Shown one piece after another: positions 41,554 to 50,255 of a DNA stretch of 64,000 nucleotides. Below the pieces are notes generated by a model. That model was given only the letters and a program-made list of their open reading frames with translations, ran no database searches and was not told the DNA's origin. Within the stretch, counting starts at the first letter, position 1, and the number at the start of each line of letters is the position of its first letter. Both the position numbers and the translations under genes were made by a program. The DNA comes from an uncultured Pseudomonadales bacterium (lineage in GTDB: Bacteria; Patescibacteriota; Microgenomatia; UBA1400; PJMF01): contig CAYWDM010000003.1 of assembly GCA_964457085.1 (NCBI GenBank), forward strand, positions 128,514 through 192,513. The letters run 5' to 3'.

Positions 41554-42369
41554 GTGTTGTTTGTCTCATATTTGTTAGTTGGCTTCGCCCTGTTCTACTT
41601 TGGTGCGATAATAGGCAGTTTCGTAAATGTCTTTATCTACCGAACAGTACAGGGCGAAGATTGGGTAAATGGCAGATCTCGTTGTGAAGTCTGCCACCGT
41701 AAAATTCATTGGTACGATAATTTTCCGATACTTTCTTATTTGGTTTTAAATGGCAAATGTCGCTATTGCCACACTGGCATTTCGCCAATTCATCCTATTG
41801 TTGAGGGACTGATGGGCAGCCTGTTTGTTTGGTGGTATTTTATTGGCACTTTATTTTTTAGGTTAACTGAACAGCCTTACTCTGCGATACAACCTGCCTT
41901 TTGGTTGTTGGTTGGCATATTGTTGTTGGTGATTTGTGTAGCAGATTTACTGTATCTAATAATTCCTGATACTGCAGTGATATCACTGATGGTTTTGACA
42001 CTTACCTACCGGATAAGCTTAGCTGTTGGTGGCCAGATGCAGTGGCGAGATTTCGGCATGATGCTGGTTGGAATGGTAGGTCTTGTTGGTTTCTTCCTTT
42101 TTCTCTACTTTGTGACCAAGAAAAAAGGTTTTGGACTGGGTGATGTCAAACTTGCAGTGCCGCTTGCTTTGTTACTTGGGTGGCCAAAAATTGTGGTGGG
42201 CATATTTGCTGCATTTATATTTGGAGCACTCGTTGGTGGCGTACTATTATGGAAGAAACTAAGAACATTAAATAATGTATTGCCCTTTGCACCTTTTTTA
42301 GTAATCGGAGCATTGTTTTCACTGTTGTTCGGAGAGCAGATTTGGCAAATGTATTTCAGTCTGCTTTAA
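41554..42369 (+). CDS. pilD: Prepilin peptidase (A24 family)
   Basis: N-terminal CxxC...CxxC zinc motif (CEVCHRKIHWYDNFPILSYLVLNGKCRYCH). Catalytic GLGDVKL. Confidence 0.9.
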   Translation: MLFVSYLLVGFALFYFGAIIGSFVNVFIYRTVQGEDWVNGRSRCEVCHRKIHWYDNFPILSYLVLNGKCRYCHTGISPIHPIVEGLMGSLFVWWYFIGTLFFRLTEQPYSAIQPAFWLLVGILLLVICVADLLYLIIPDTAVISLMVLTLTYRISLAVGGQMQWRDFGMMLVGMVGLVGFFLFLYFVTKKKGFGLGDVKLAVPLALLLGWPKIVVGIFAAFIFGALVGGVLLWKKLRTLNNVLPFAPFLVIGALFSLLFGEQIWQMYFSLL

Positions 42370-42442
42370 TCAATAGTATGGATTGTGTGACTAAAAACAT
42401 CGTCAATGCTGTTTTGAGATCACATGATGCTGATAGCTGCCT

Positions 42443-43456
42443 ATGAGAATTCTAAAAGCACTATTTTTTTCCTTTGTAATCTTGTTGGTGACACTTATTG
42501 TTGTGGTGTATGGGGCTCGTGAAGTTTTGCTAATCGGCTCAACTTGGCTCATTTCTAGCCGATACAATCAAGTAGTGCAGTCAGTTGCTGCTGGTGATCA
42601 CAGACAAGAATGCATGAAACTTGGAGTGTTTGGAGGTGAAGCGTTCCCCCAACTTCGTTTCGTATCTAGCACCGAGTACTATGCCGAAGCAGTGTGCGGC
42701 ACATTGAGTGAGAGTGCATTAGTCATCACAAAATACAAACTGTGGCCACTGGTAACAAAGACCACTGGAGACTCTGGATTAACTGATCAAAAGAAACAAG
42801 CGGTGGTGGCATTGGAAGTTCTAGGACGAGTTGCCTCAGTAGAACAAGACGAATTTGGGAATACACACACCGTTTGGAGAAAAGGTAAGCTCATCTCGAC
42901 TGGTGCTGGACCAGTGACTAATTGTGGTGGATATGGCACAACCTGTTGTATTGAAGGTGAAGAGCAAGGCATTGGAGATCAGATTAAGGGTGCTCTAGAT
43001 TGTCCCAAAACTTGTTATGTTGCCTGTTATAGTCGGCCTGTAATCTTGGCGTTTAACTCTAACCCGTTTTATGACTATGAGAGCCGAATTTTGACTGTTA
43101 AGCGTGGTCAGACGATTGATTTTAGTTATGTGATTAGTGAATCACAACGCGATGTATTTGCTGATGCTCGTTTGAAGGAAAACACCGATCCACTTGCTAT
43201 TTTATTGTCGTTATCCAAACAACTTTTAAATACCAAAAAAATTGAGGCTGAAAAAGAGGCACTGAGGCAAGTGACACTTGATTTTGGCGATGGTGAAACC
43301 ACGACTTTAAGTAAGCTGCAAGATACCGGAAGCCACAGCTATACCTGTGCTCGAGAGCTTTGCAGATACACTGCAAATTTGTCAGCAAAAAATTACTATG
43401 GTGCCCAGACATTAGCTGGATATCTCAGCACGATCACTATTAATGTGGTACCGTAA
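42443..43456 (+). CDS. Membrane-anchored Cys-containing hypothetical protein within the pilus operon
   Basis: N-terminal TM anchor plus an extracytoplasmic domain with conserved Cys (CGGYGTTCCIEG, CPKTCYVACY). Confidence 0.5.
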   Translation: MRILKALFFSFVILLVTLIVVVYGAREVLLIGSTWLISSRYNQVVQSVAAGDHRQECMKLGVFGGEAFPQLRFVSSTEYYAEAVCGTLSESALVITKYKLWPLVTKTTGDSGLTDQKKQAVVALEVLGRVASVEQDEFGNTHTVWRKGKLISTGAGPVTNCGGYGTTCCIEGEEQGIGDQIKGALDCPKTCYVACYSRPVILAFNSNPFYDYESRILTVKRGQTIDFSYVISESQRDVFADARLKENTDPLAILLSLSKQLLNTKKIEAEKEALRQVTLDFGDGETTTLSKLQDTGSHSYTCARELCRYTANLSAKNYYGAQTLAGYLSTITINVVP

Positions 43457-43464
43457 AGGAAGCT

Positions 43465-43944
43465 ATGTTTGTACACACTCCCCTATTTCAACAACAAAGA
43501 CGACGGAAACAATTTGGTTTTAGTTTGTTAGAACTTTTAGTGGTTGTTTCTATTATTGGAATTTTGATTGCAATTGCTGCTGCTGCTTATTCCACAGCAC
43601 AGAAAAAAGGTCGTGATGCCAAACGTCGTGGAGATGTGGCTGCGATGCAAAAAGCCTTTGAACAATATAATGCAGCAAATAATGGTGCATATGACAGTGT
43701 GGGCACTAATTGTAGTGGTATGGTAAGTCTATCTGGTTCTGATTTTCTACCAGGCGGTTTGCCAGTTGATTCAAAAGGAAACCCCTATACCTGTTTCAAT
43801 ACAAGCTCTACTTACTGCATCTGCTCAACCGTACTTGAGGGTGGTGGTGGTAACACGCTCGCATTGCCAACCGATGCTGATTGTGCCGGAATTGGGGCTC
43901 CCGCAGCAGTAAATACGTATTTTTGTACCAAAAATTTGCAATAG
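43465..43944 (+). CDS. Type IV pilin-like protein
   Basis: Prepilin motif ...KQFG, then FSLLELLVVVSIIGIL. Confidence 0.75.
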   Translation: MFVHTPLFQQQRRRKQFGFSLLELLVVVSIIGILIAIAAAAYSTAQKKGRDAKRRGDVAAMQKAFEQYNAANNGAYDSVGTNCSGMVSLSGSDFLPGGLPVDSKGNPYTCFNTSSTYCICSTVLEGGGGNTLALPTDADCAGIGAPAAVNTYFCTKNLQ

Positions 43945-43947
43945 CAT

Positions 43948-44376
43948 ATGCTAAAAATAATGCAGAATTTACAATTAAAAACTCGTAGACGTCAGGGTGG
44001 TTTTTCAATGATTGAGCTGTTGGTGGTGGCGACGTTAATAATCATTTTGACCATGATTGGACTGGTGAGTTATAGCAAGACATTGGTGAATAGTCGTAAT
44101 GCACGTCGCAAAGCTGATTTAGAGGTGATGCGACAAGCACTCGTTTTATATAAACTTGATAATGGTCGCTATCCTAATCAACAAGGTGTCCATGCTGAAG
44201 CAGTGACCATCGGCAGCAGCTATCTGCAAACCGCACCGCTAGATCCAAAAAATGATGCTACTTATTTTTATCAATACGATGGGACAGGAACTTGCACAGT
44301 AGCTGGCTGTACCACCTTCACTTTAACTGCAAGGCTAGAATCAAGTGCAACCGTGTACTCAGTAAATAATCCATAA
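43948..44376 (+). CDS. Type IV pilin-like protein (PulG-like)
   Basis: Prepilin motif ...RQGG, then FSMIELLVVATLI. Confidence 0.75.
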   Translation: MLKIMQNLQLKTRRRQGGFSMIELLVVATLIIILTMIGLVSYSKTLVNSRNARRKADLEVMRQALVLYKLDNGRYPNQQGVHAEAVTIGSSYLQTAPLDPKNDATYFYQYDGTGTCTVAGCTTFTLTARLESSATVYSVNNP

Positions 44377-44384
44377 AGTATCGT

Positions 44385-44927
44385 ATGGAACAGCACTACT
44401 TAACGAACTGGAGGTCTGTTCATAATTCAAAAAGTGGTTTTACTTTGATTGAAATGTTAGTTGTCGTAGCAATCGCAACTCTATTTGTTGGTGGCGGTTT
44501 AGCGGGATTCATGAGTTTTAACTCACGCCAAAAAGCTATAAATGGAGCCAAAGAATTGGAGCAGATAATTAAAATTGCAGAAACAAAAACTCAATCAGGA
44601 GTGGTCGGCGTTTGTAATCAACTTGAGGCATATGAAATCACTTTTGACACGGCCGTTGATCCTGTGATTGTTTCGCTACAAGAGGTGTGTGCCACTGGCG
44701 AGGTAGTAACTCCTGTTGCAACAGAATATCCCCTGTCCCAGGGAGTTTCGATGTCGTTTAGTCCTGCCACCACGTATATTCGTTTTAAAATCTTAAGCGG
44801 GGGGCTGCTGTTTAGCAGTGGTGCCAGCAGCATTCAAGCACAATTTGAAGATGCAAATAACCCAGGTCAAGTATATGCAGTTACCATTTCCGAAGGAGGC
44901 GATGTCAGTGAAGGCGATTGGCTCTAA
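44385..44927 (+). CDS. Type IV pilin-like protein
   Basis: Prepilin motif ...SKSG, then FTLIEMLVVVAIATLF. Confidence 0.75.
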   Translation: MEQHYLTNWRSVHNSKSGFTLIEMLVVVAIATLFVGGGLAGFMSFNSRQKAINGAKELEQIIKIAETKTQSGVVGVCNQLEAYEITFDTAVDPVIVSLQEVCATGEVVTPVATEYPLSQGVSMSFSPATTYIRFKILSGGLLFSSGASSIQAQFEDANNPGQVYAVTISEGGDVSEGDWL

Positions 44928-45405
44928 ATTTCATCGAGGAACTTTCTTCCACTCTCAATTGGGGTTTGGAATCATGGAGGTGGTCATCTCGATTGGTATT
45001 GTCGGTTTAATTTTGACCGCAATTTCTAGTGGTCTGATTTTTTCACTTAAAACTAATGCAGAAACCAAGTTTCGAGGTATTGCACTGAGTAAAAATCAAG
45101 AAGTTTTTGAAGTTATTCGTCGGGAACGCGTGATCAGAGGTTGGGATAGTTTTTTACAACTATACGGTGGGGGTGTTGCCGGGACATATACTTATTGTCT
45201 TAATTCCGCAAATATACTGGATCACGCCAATTTCCCTCCTGCAGCTGCCGCCTGTGTTGATACGGTTGATTGGGAAGGAAATGACTACATTCGTGAGCTA
45301 GTAGTTGATACAACCACTGTTGGCCAAATCGGTTTTACCTCGACGGTATACTGGCAGGGTCGTGACAAGCAAATTCAGCTCTCACAGACACTCAAGAGTT
45401 GGTAA
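44902..45405 (+). CDS. Minor pilin-like protein (start uncertain; overlaps the previous gene)
   Basis: ...HSQLG then FGIMEVVISIGIVGLILT. Prepilin-like, with Glu at +5. Confidence 0.45.
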   Translation: MSVKAIGSKFHRGTFFHSQLGFGIMEVVISIGIVGLILTAISSGLIFSLKTNAETKFRGIALSKNQEVFEVIRRERVIRGWDSFLQLYGGGVAGTYTYCLNSANILDHANFPPAAAACVDTVDWEGNDYIRELVVDTTTVGQIGFTSTVYWQGRDKQIQLSQTLKSW

Positions 45406-45465
45406 TAACCAGAAGCAGTAAACATCCCAAAAATGGTTGACACACTTACCTACGGGAAGACTTTA

Positions 45466-46020
45466 TTACAGATTTTGGTTTCTCACTGAAACACCAGAAC
45501 GGAACTCACGGATGATGGTTTCTGAGTCGTTACCAGCACCTTCTCCTCGTTTCAGTTTGAAGTAAATCTCAACGTAATTTTGTTTGTTTTCACCCTCATA
45601 GCAGTTGAAGGTGATGGTGTTAGCAGGATCTAATGCCATTGAATCCGAACTGAGATAGTAAATTTTTCCGGTTGTGGTCGAAGTTGAAGCAATTCGACCA
45701 TTATCTGCTCCAAGTATAGTGATGCCGCCATCGCCATTTTCGAGCTCAAGTCCAGAGATGATGCCAGCCACACAGGTGGTGTTGATTTTACGAGCATTAC
45801 GAATAATAAAACTCATTCGATCGATTGCTCGCTCTCCCTCACTCTTGGCTTTTTGCTCAAAGTTGGATTTAGCTGAACTTATCACAAATGACATAAAAAA
45901 ACTTGAGACAGTGGTCAAAAGTATAACTGAGATTGTGGTTACAACCAACAACTCAATTAGGGTAAACCCAGATTGATTCGAGTATTCAGAGAACCTACTT
46001 TGTGAGACATGCTGACGCAT
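45466..46020 (-). CDS. Type IV pilin / pseudopilin-like protein
   Basis: ...NQSG then FTLIELLVVTTISVILLT. Last gene of a minus-strand operon with the Cys-rich adhesin candidate. Confidence 0.7.
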   Translation of the reverse strand: MRQHVSQSRFSEYSNQSGFTLIELLVVTTISVILLTTVSSFFMSFVISSAKSNFEQKAKSEGERAIDRMSFIIRNARKINTTCVAGIISGLELENGDGGITILGADNGRIASTSTTTGKIYYLSSDSMALDPANTITFNCYEGENKQNYVEIYFKLKRGEGAGNDSETIIREFRSGVSVRNQNL

Positions 46021-46034
46021 TTTTGGTACGTCCT

Positions 46035-47894
46035 TTATCGCTGTGGTGCTATCTCTTTCCAGTTATATTGTGCAGTCTTCATCTCGGTTGGATAGTTGTC
46101 AACGAAATCAGGCCTGAAAATGAAGACCTCTGAGGGGCTGACACTATTCATGGTTTTGCCGAGTAAGCCATCGTCATAGTTACGTAGTAGGTTAATACCA
46201 TTCCCAGTAGCTGCACTATCAAGTGCAACAAAGGTGCCTGATCCAATAAACTTACGATCAATGGTTGCGACATTGCTGTCACTGTTGATAGTGATTTGTC
46301 CATCAGCAACGAACACCCCTTCTAGATTAGCGGTTACATTACTTGGAGTGACGGTATTGCTGTTGTGTCCTACTGCAGCGTCAATGATGATGTTGTTTCG
46401 AACAACGAACATCAGGAAACCACCATTGGCAACTGAAGTAAGCTTCGAGGCATCTAGAGCACTACTATTGGAAAATTGTAGACTGCCGGGAATAAAGACG
46501 ATGACCTTTTTGTCAGCAGGGATGCTGAGTGGTATTGCAGCATCTGCTTTGTCGATGACTAAGTTTCCAGCGTTATACAAATAGAGACCAGTGACGCCAG
46601 CAGCCTGAGCTGTGATCTTGGAGTTAAGATCTGTCAGACTACTTGTAGTGATGAGCTGACGGCTGACATTACCATAGAAGAAATCATAGTTTTCAGCACT
46701 GGGAGCGACACCAATGGCATAGGCTCCAAGAGAGGTTGTTCGACTTGTTGCCGAGTGTACGTATGCATCACTGTCATCCTTAGTAGTTTTGACCGTACCG
46801 GTGTTGCCTACTGCGATGAATCCGCCATAGTTAGAGTTGGTAGCCGCAGTGATGACGCCACTCTCACAGTTGGGATCAGTGTCACAGGTAGCGACTGGAA
46901 CCTTTGACTTAACTTCATAGCGAGCGTAAATATTGCCGCCAACAGTCTGCCACCATGGATCAGCTAAGTTGTTTTCTTTAACAAAGAAGCTAACGGTGTC
47001 ATCAGCAGTGATACCACTATATTCACATAGATAGTCTTGACCAGCGGTTAATGGACAACCACAAGTGTATGCCACTGCTTGACCTGGAGCTGGGGTTGGG
47101 AGGGCTAAGCGGACACGATAATCTGTTGCTCCTTTAACAAGGTTGGTAACGATGGTGAAGGTGGAACCAAGAATGGTGCCTGGGGAGATAACTCCACTAC
47201 TATCTTTAGTGGCACTCACCGCTGCATTAGCAACAATTTGTGGAGTTGGTGCCAGTCCGATACGAGTACACATACCCCCAATGGCTTGGATAGTGCCATC
47301 ATCATTGTCGTAGTAAATGTTGCCAACAATCACAGGTGTGGGAGTTGGAGTTGGTGTGTTGGTTGGTGTGGGCGTAGGAGTATTTGTTGGTGTCGGTGTG
47401 TTGGTTGGCGTAGATGTGGGAGTGCTTGTTGGAGGAATAGGTGTTGGGCTGGCACCAATTGGAGGATCACCAGTTGGATTTGGTGGTGTAGTTGGGCCGA
47501 CTCCATCCCAAGCACAGTTAAGGGTGGCGGTGCCTCGATTCGTTTCACACGTAGTCATAAAAAGCACACAGTTGCAGAGATTTCCAGAGTAGATAAGGGT
47601 ACTGCATGTTCCAGAACAACTTTCATCACTTTGCGTGCAGTTGCATACACTCTCATATGTCCCCTGACAGGTAGCGGATGGAACAGTACATGAACAGTTA
47701 CCAGGACCACAGTCGCAGCTCTCATTTGAGACACCGGTCGTGGCACAGTAACCCGCACCTTCTCCCCATCTACCGCAATCAGAAATCTGATTGCCACCGG
47801 GAGATCCAGCAACGCAATCTGCACTTACAGTAGAAGTGGCTACGACAAAAAAAACTGCTGCAATAAAAAAAGTTTTGTAAGAGTTAATGGACAT
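46035..47894 (-). CDS. Large secreted Cys-rich protein with Pro/Thr repeat linker (candidate pilus-associated adhesin)
   Basis: Signal peptide, then an N-terminal domain of about 100 aa with about 20 Cys, then a (PT)n/TPTN linker, then about 430 aa of beta-rich domain. Co-oriented with, and 14 bp from, the pilin-like gene. Confidence 0.6.
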   Translation of the reverse strand: MSINSYKTFFIAAVFFVVATSTVSADCVAGSPGGNQISDCGRWGEGAGYCATTGVSNESCDCGPGNCSCTVPSATCQGTYESVCNCTQSDESCSGTCSTLIYSGNLCNCVLFMTTCETNRGTATLNCAWDGVGPTTPPNPTGDPPIGASPTPIPPTSTPTSTPTNTPTPTNTPTPTPTNTPTPTPTPVIVGNIYYDNDDGTIQAIGGMCTRIGLAPTPQIVANAAVSATKDSSGVISPGTILGSTFTIVTNLVKGATDYRVRLALPTPAPGQAVAYTCGCPLTAGQDYLCEYSGITADDTVSFFVKENNLADPWWQTVGGNIYARYEVKSKVPVATCDTDPNCESGVITAATNSNYGGFIAVGNTGTVKTTKDDSDAYVHSATSRTTSLGAYAIGVAPSAENYDFFYGNVSRQLITTSSLTDLNSKITAQAAGVTGLYLYNAGNLVIDKADAAIPLSIPADKKVIVFIPGSLQFSNSSALDASKLTSVANGGFLMFVVRNNIIIDAAVGHNSNTVTPSNVTANLEGVFVADGQITINSDSNVATIDRKFIGSGTFVALDSAATGNGINLLRNYDDGLLGKTMNSVSPSEVFIFRPDFVDNYPTEMKTAQYNWKEIAPQR

Positions 47895-47896
47895 AT

Positions 47897-48520
47897 CTAT
47901 TTATAAGTGAGTAATGTAAAGCTAGCTGCCAAGAAAATCGGTTTGCCTGATGTCATTTTTGGTAGGTCTTTAGGATCCTCGCTTTCAGCAAAGCGTGCCG
48001 GCCACTCAGTGCCAAAACTTTGATTGATTTTCTGGAAAAATTTTGAGGTTTTAATATCCTCGGGGTTGTAATTGCTTGTTTCTGCATATAACTGTACTGC
48101 AGGATCTTCTCTATCAAGAACCTTTGAAATAAGTTTGTCTATGTAGCTGTCACCAGGTAGTTCTATAGCACTTACCACAGTGTTAATTACTAGAAATTGG
48201 CGCAACTCTTGGTTGTACAGTGCTAATGGAACCTGTACTGTCTCGATGGTGCCGTCTTTTTTGCGATACACACAAGATGTTTTTCGCACCATAACCAGCC
48301 CGTTTTCGAGTTCTTCAAAGGTATTTTCAATTTGAGTAGATGCAAGTCGACACTCTAGATAGTAGCTCTGTATTTTATTGGCTAATCTAATTGCTGGTTT
48401 CTCTGAAATTGAAGGGGCAATGTTCTCGAGTCGGCGCTTTTTTATTACTCGTGTGAGTAAAATCATGCCTACAATAGCGAGTACTGCTAGAACTAAAAAC
48501 AAGAGTATATTTTTCTTCAC
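47897..48520 (-). CDS. Membrane-anchored hypothetical protein (paralog of the C-terminal domain of the next gene)
   Basis: N-terminal TM (ILLFLVLAVLAIVGMILL). The C-terminal region aligns with the 48596-49783 product (CVYRKKDGTIETVQVPLALYNQELRQF versus CFFVDAAGKTQTVTMPLAFYNRDTNQF). Confidence 0.5.
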   Translation of the reverse strand: MKKNILLFLVLAVLAIVGMILLTRVIKKRRLENIAPSISEKPAIRLANKIQSYYLECRLASTQIENTFEELENGLVMVRKTSCVYRKKDGTIETVQVPLALYNQELRQFLVINTVVSAIELPGDSYIDKLISKVLDREDPAVQLYAETSNYNPEDIKTSKFFQKINQSFGTEWPARFAESEDPKDLPKMTSGKPIFLAASFTLLTYK

Positions 48521-48595
48521 AAATCTAGTGTACAGTTCTTGTTGAGAATCTACAAGTAAGCTATTTGGTGCTTAGTGCTTATTTTTGAATCAAAT

Positions 48596-49783
48596 TTATT
48601 CACCTCTTTTAAAGTCAGCATATGCGGGGATGACGAAGTTCTCGGCATTTGGCTTATCTGGGAATTCGTCTACAACACCCTGATCGTAATAAATGTCACT
48701 TGGAGTTCCAAATGAGTCGACCGCGGCTTGCATAAATGCTTTGTCGTATTCACTACCACCTTTTGTTTTACCCATACCAAACTGCATGATTAGATATTTA
48801 CCAGTTGGGCTTATTTTACTCAGTAGCCCTCTTAGTTGGCCATCGATAAATGCATCAGTTGGTTTGCCCTCAGATGGGGCGGCTTGGGCCATGATACGGA
48901 ATTGATTGGTATCTCTATTATAGAATGCCAACGGCATGGTAACAGTTTGTGTTTTGCCAGCTGCGTCAACAAAAAAACAGTCTGCTACTCTGAGAATGTC
49001 AAGATTGGCAAATTGAAAGTTGACAGTTCTAACGCTATCCAGTTCGACGGCACAATATGTTCCCCGTCTTTCATTTTTATTTACGATTTTTGTGGGGAAT
49101 TGTTGTTCACTTCCACTCGATGCAACTATTCCCTCTAGGTATGCCGGGTCAATTACAATTTCTGGGATCGCAGTTGGTGGCACCTCTGTTGGTGGTATCT
49201 CAGTTGGTGATATTGGCGTCCAAGACAGTGTGGGAGTGGGAACATCTTGGGTACCATTAGCTATGTCAGTTCCAGCTTGTCCCGTTGCAGTAGCAGCAGC
49301 TTCTGTATTACTAAATGCTTTGGCAGGAGGTGCCCCGCATGCAGACACAACCATTGAAAAACAAACTAGCAGAGTCAGGATTGTCAGTAGCTTGTTCCCT
49401 GAAAATTCAAAGCGATTGGGATGTTTTAATTTAAACTTAATTTTATCAAAAATAGCAGCAACGACTTGATTTATGTCAATGCTTTCAACAGTGGCGGGAG
49501 TGATTTCTCTTTCAAGAGCTGCAACAAATAGTTCTTCATCTTCGTTCATGCCAAGCTTTTCGGCTTGCAATTCAACCCAAGCACGCACCACTGCAGTTTG
49601 GTCACCGATAAAAGCTCTTGCTTTTTCCACCAACGCTCTACCCTGTTCTTGGATACTGCCACTCATCTCTGCGATTTTTGCAGCAAATCGTGACTTTTCG
49701 TTTGTTTCTGACATGTTTTTTGTTTGTGTCCACACATATTTTGATGGACAATTACTGTGGATTTTATCACTAAATATAACCAA
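48596..49783 (-). CDS. Bitopic membrane protein with an approximately 130-aa cytoplasmic N-terminal domain and an extracytoplasmic paralogous domain
   Basis: Internal TM (LLTILTLLVCFSMVVSA). C-terminal 150 aa homologous to the preceding gene product. Confidence 0.5.
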   Translation of the reverse strand: MVIFSDKIHSNCPSKYVWTQTKNMSETNEKSRFAAKIAEMSGSIQEQGRALVEKARAFIGDQTAVVRAWVELQAEKLGMNEDEELFVAALEREITPATVESIDINQVVAAIFDKIKFKLKHPNRFEFSGNKLLTILTLLVCFSMVVSACGAPPAKAFSNTEAAATATGQAGTDIANGTQDVPTPTLSWTPISPTEIPPTEVPPTAIPEIVIDPAYLEGIVASSGSEQQFPTKIVNKNERRGTYCAVELDSVRTVNFQFANLDILRVADCFFVDAAGKTQTVTMPLAFYNRDTNQFRIMAQAAPSEGKPTDAFIDGQLRGLLSKISPTGKYLIMQFGMGKTKGGSEYDKAFMQAAVDSFGTPSDIYYDQGVVDEFPDKPNAENFVIPAYADFKRGE

Positions 49784-49987
49784 TGCAAATAACTATAAGC
49801 CTAAATATGTATCCGTTACACATCGTCTGTTAATCTGGTAACTGAGTTTTTTTGATTTTTTCTTGATCCCATTTGATAGTCCTATAGTTATTAGAAAAAA
49901 ACAACAGTGGCAATAGCAGATGCACAACTCAGTGGCAAAGCAATTGGGAGTTATGGCAGCTGTTGTTAAAGAGCCTTATAATTTGTG

Positions 49988-50016
49988 TTGAGTTTTGACC
50001 CCCACTACGCTACAAT
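49988..50016 (+). promoter_or_regulatory. Candidate promoter for rpmF-nusB
   Basis: TTGAGT, then a 17-nt spacer, then TACAAT. Confidence 0.3.
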
Positions 50017-50054
50017 CGTCAAGTTATTAGCCTTCATTTATATAAAGGATCGCC

Positions 50055-50213
50055 ATGGGTGCACTACCAAAGAATAAAATCACACGAGCTGAGCGCGGCA
50101 AAAGACGTCGAGGAAACACCAAAAGTGTCACTCAAGATGTTAAAGTTGTCAAAGTAGCTCCATACAAACAAGGTTTGGTGTCTGCTATTTTGAAGAGCGT
50201 TGGTTTGGCATAA
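50055..50213 (+). CDS. rpmF: Candidate 50S ribosomal protein L32 (52 aa); not in the ORF track (under 60 aa)
   Basis: AAAGGA RBS. The N-terminus MGALPKNKITRAERGKRRRGN fits the L32 pattern M-A-V-P-K-R-x-T-S-K-x-R-x-K-R-R. Basic, 52 aa. Confidence 0.5.
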   Translation: MGALPKNKITRAERGKRRRGNTKSVTQDVKVVKVAPYKQGLVSAILKSVGLA

Positions 50214-50255
50214 TTTGTCAGCCGACGGTTTACATCACTCCACCTACAGTATTTA

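Noticed and set aside
40885-46020. Recurrent GFTLIELLVV-encoding segments as a DNA repeat family or CRISPR-like array
   Set aside because: They are N-terminal prepilin motifs of separate genes. The repeats sit at irregular spacing inside ORFs, and the nucleotide sequences differ at synonymous sites.
47238-47693. Plus-strand ORFs (GVGVGV..., Cys/Trp-rich) inside the adhesin gene
   Set aside because: They are artefacts of reading the (PT)n repeat and Cys-rich coding region on the wrong strand. The minus-strand 619-aa ORF has a signal peptide and coherent domain structure.
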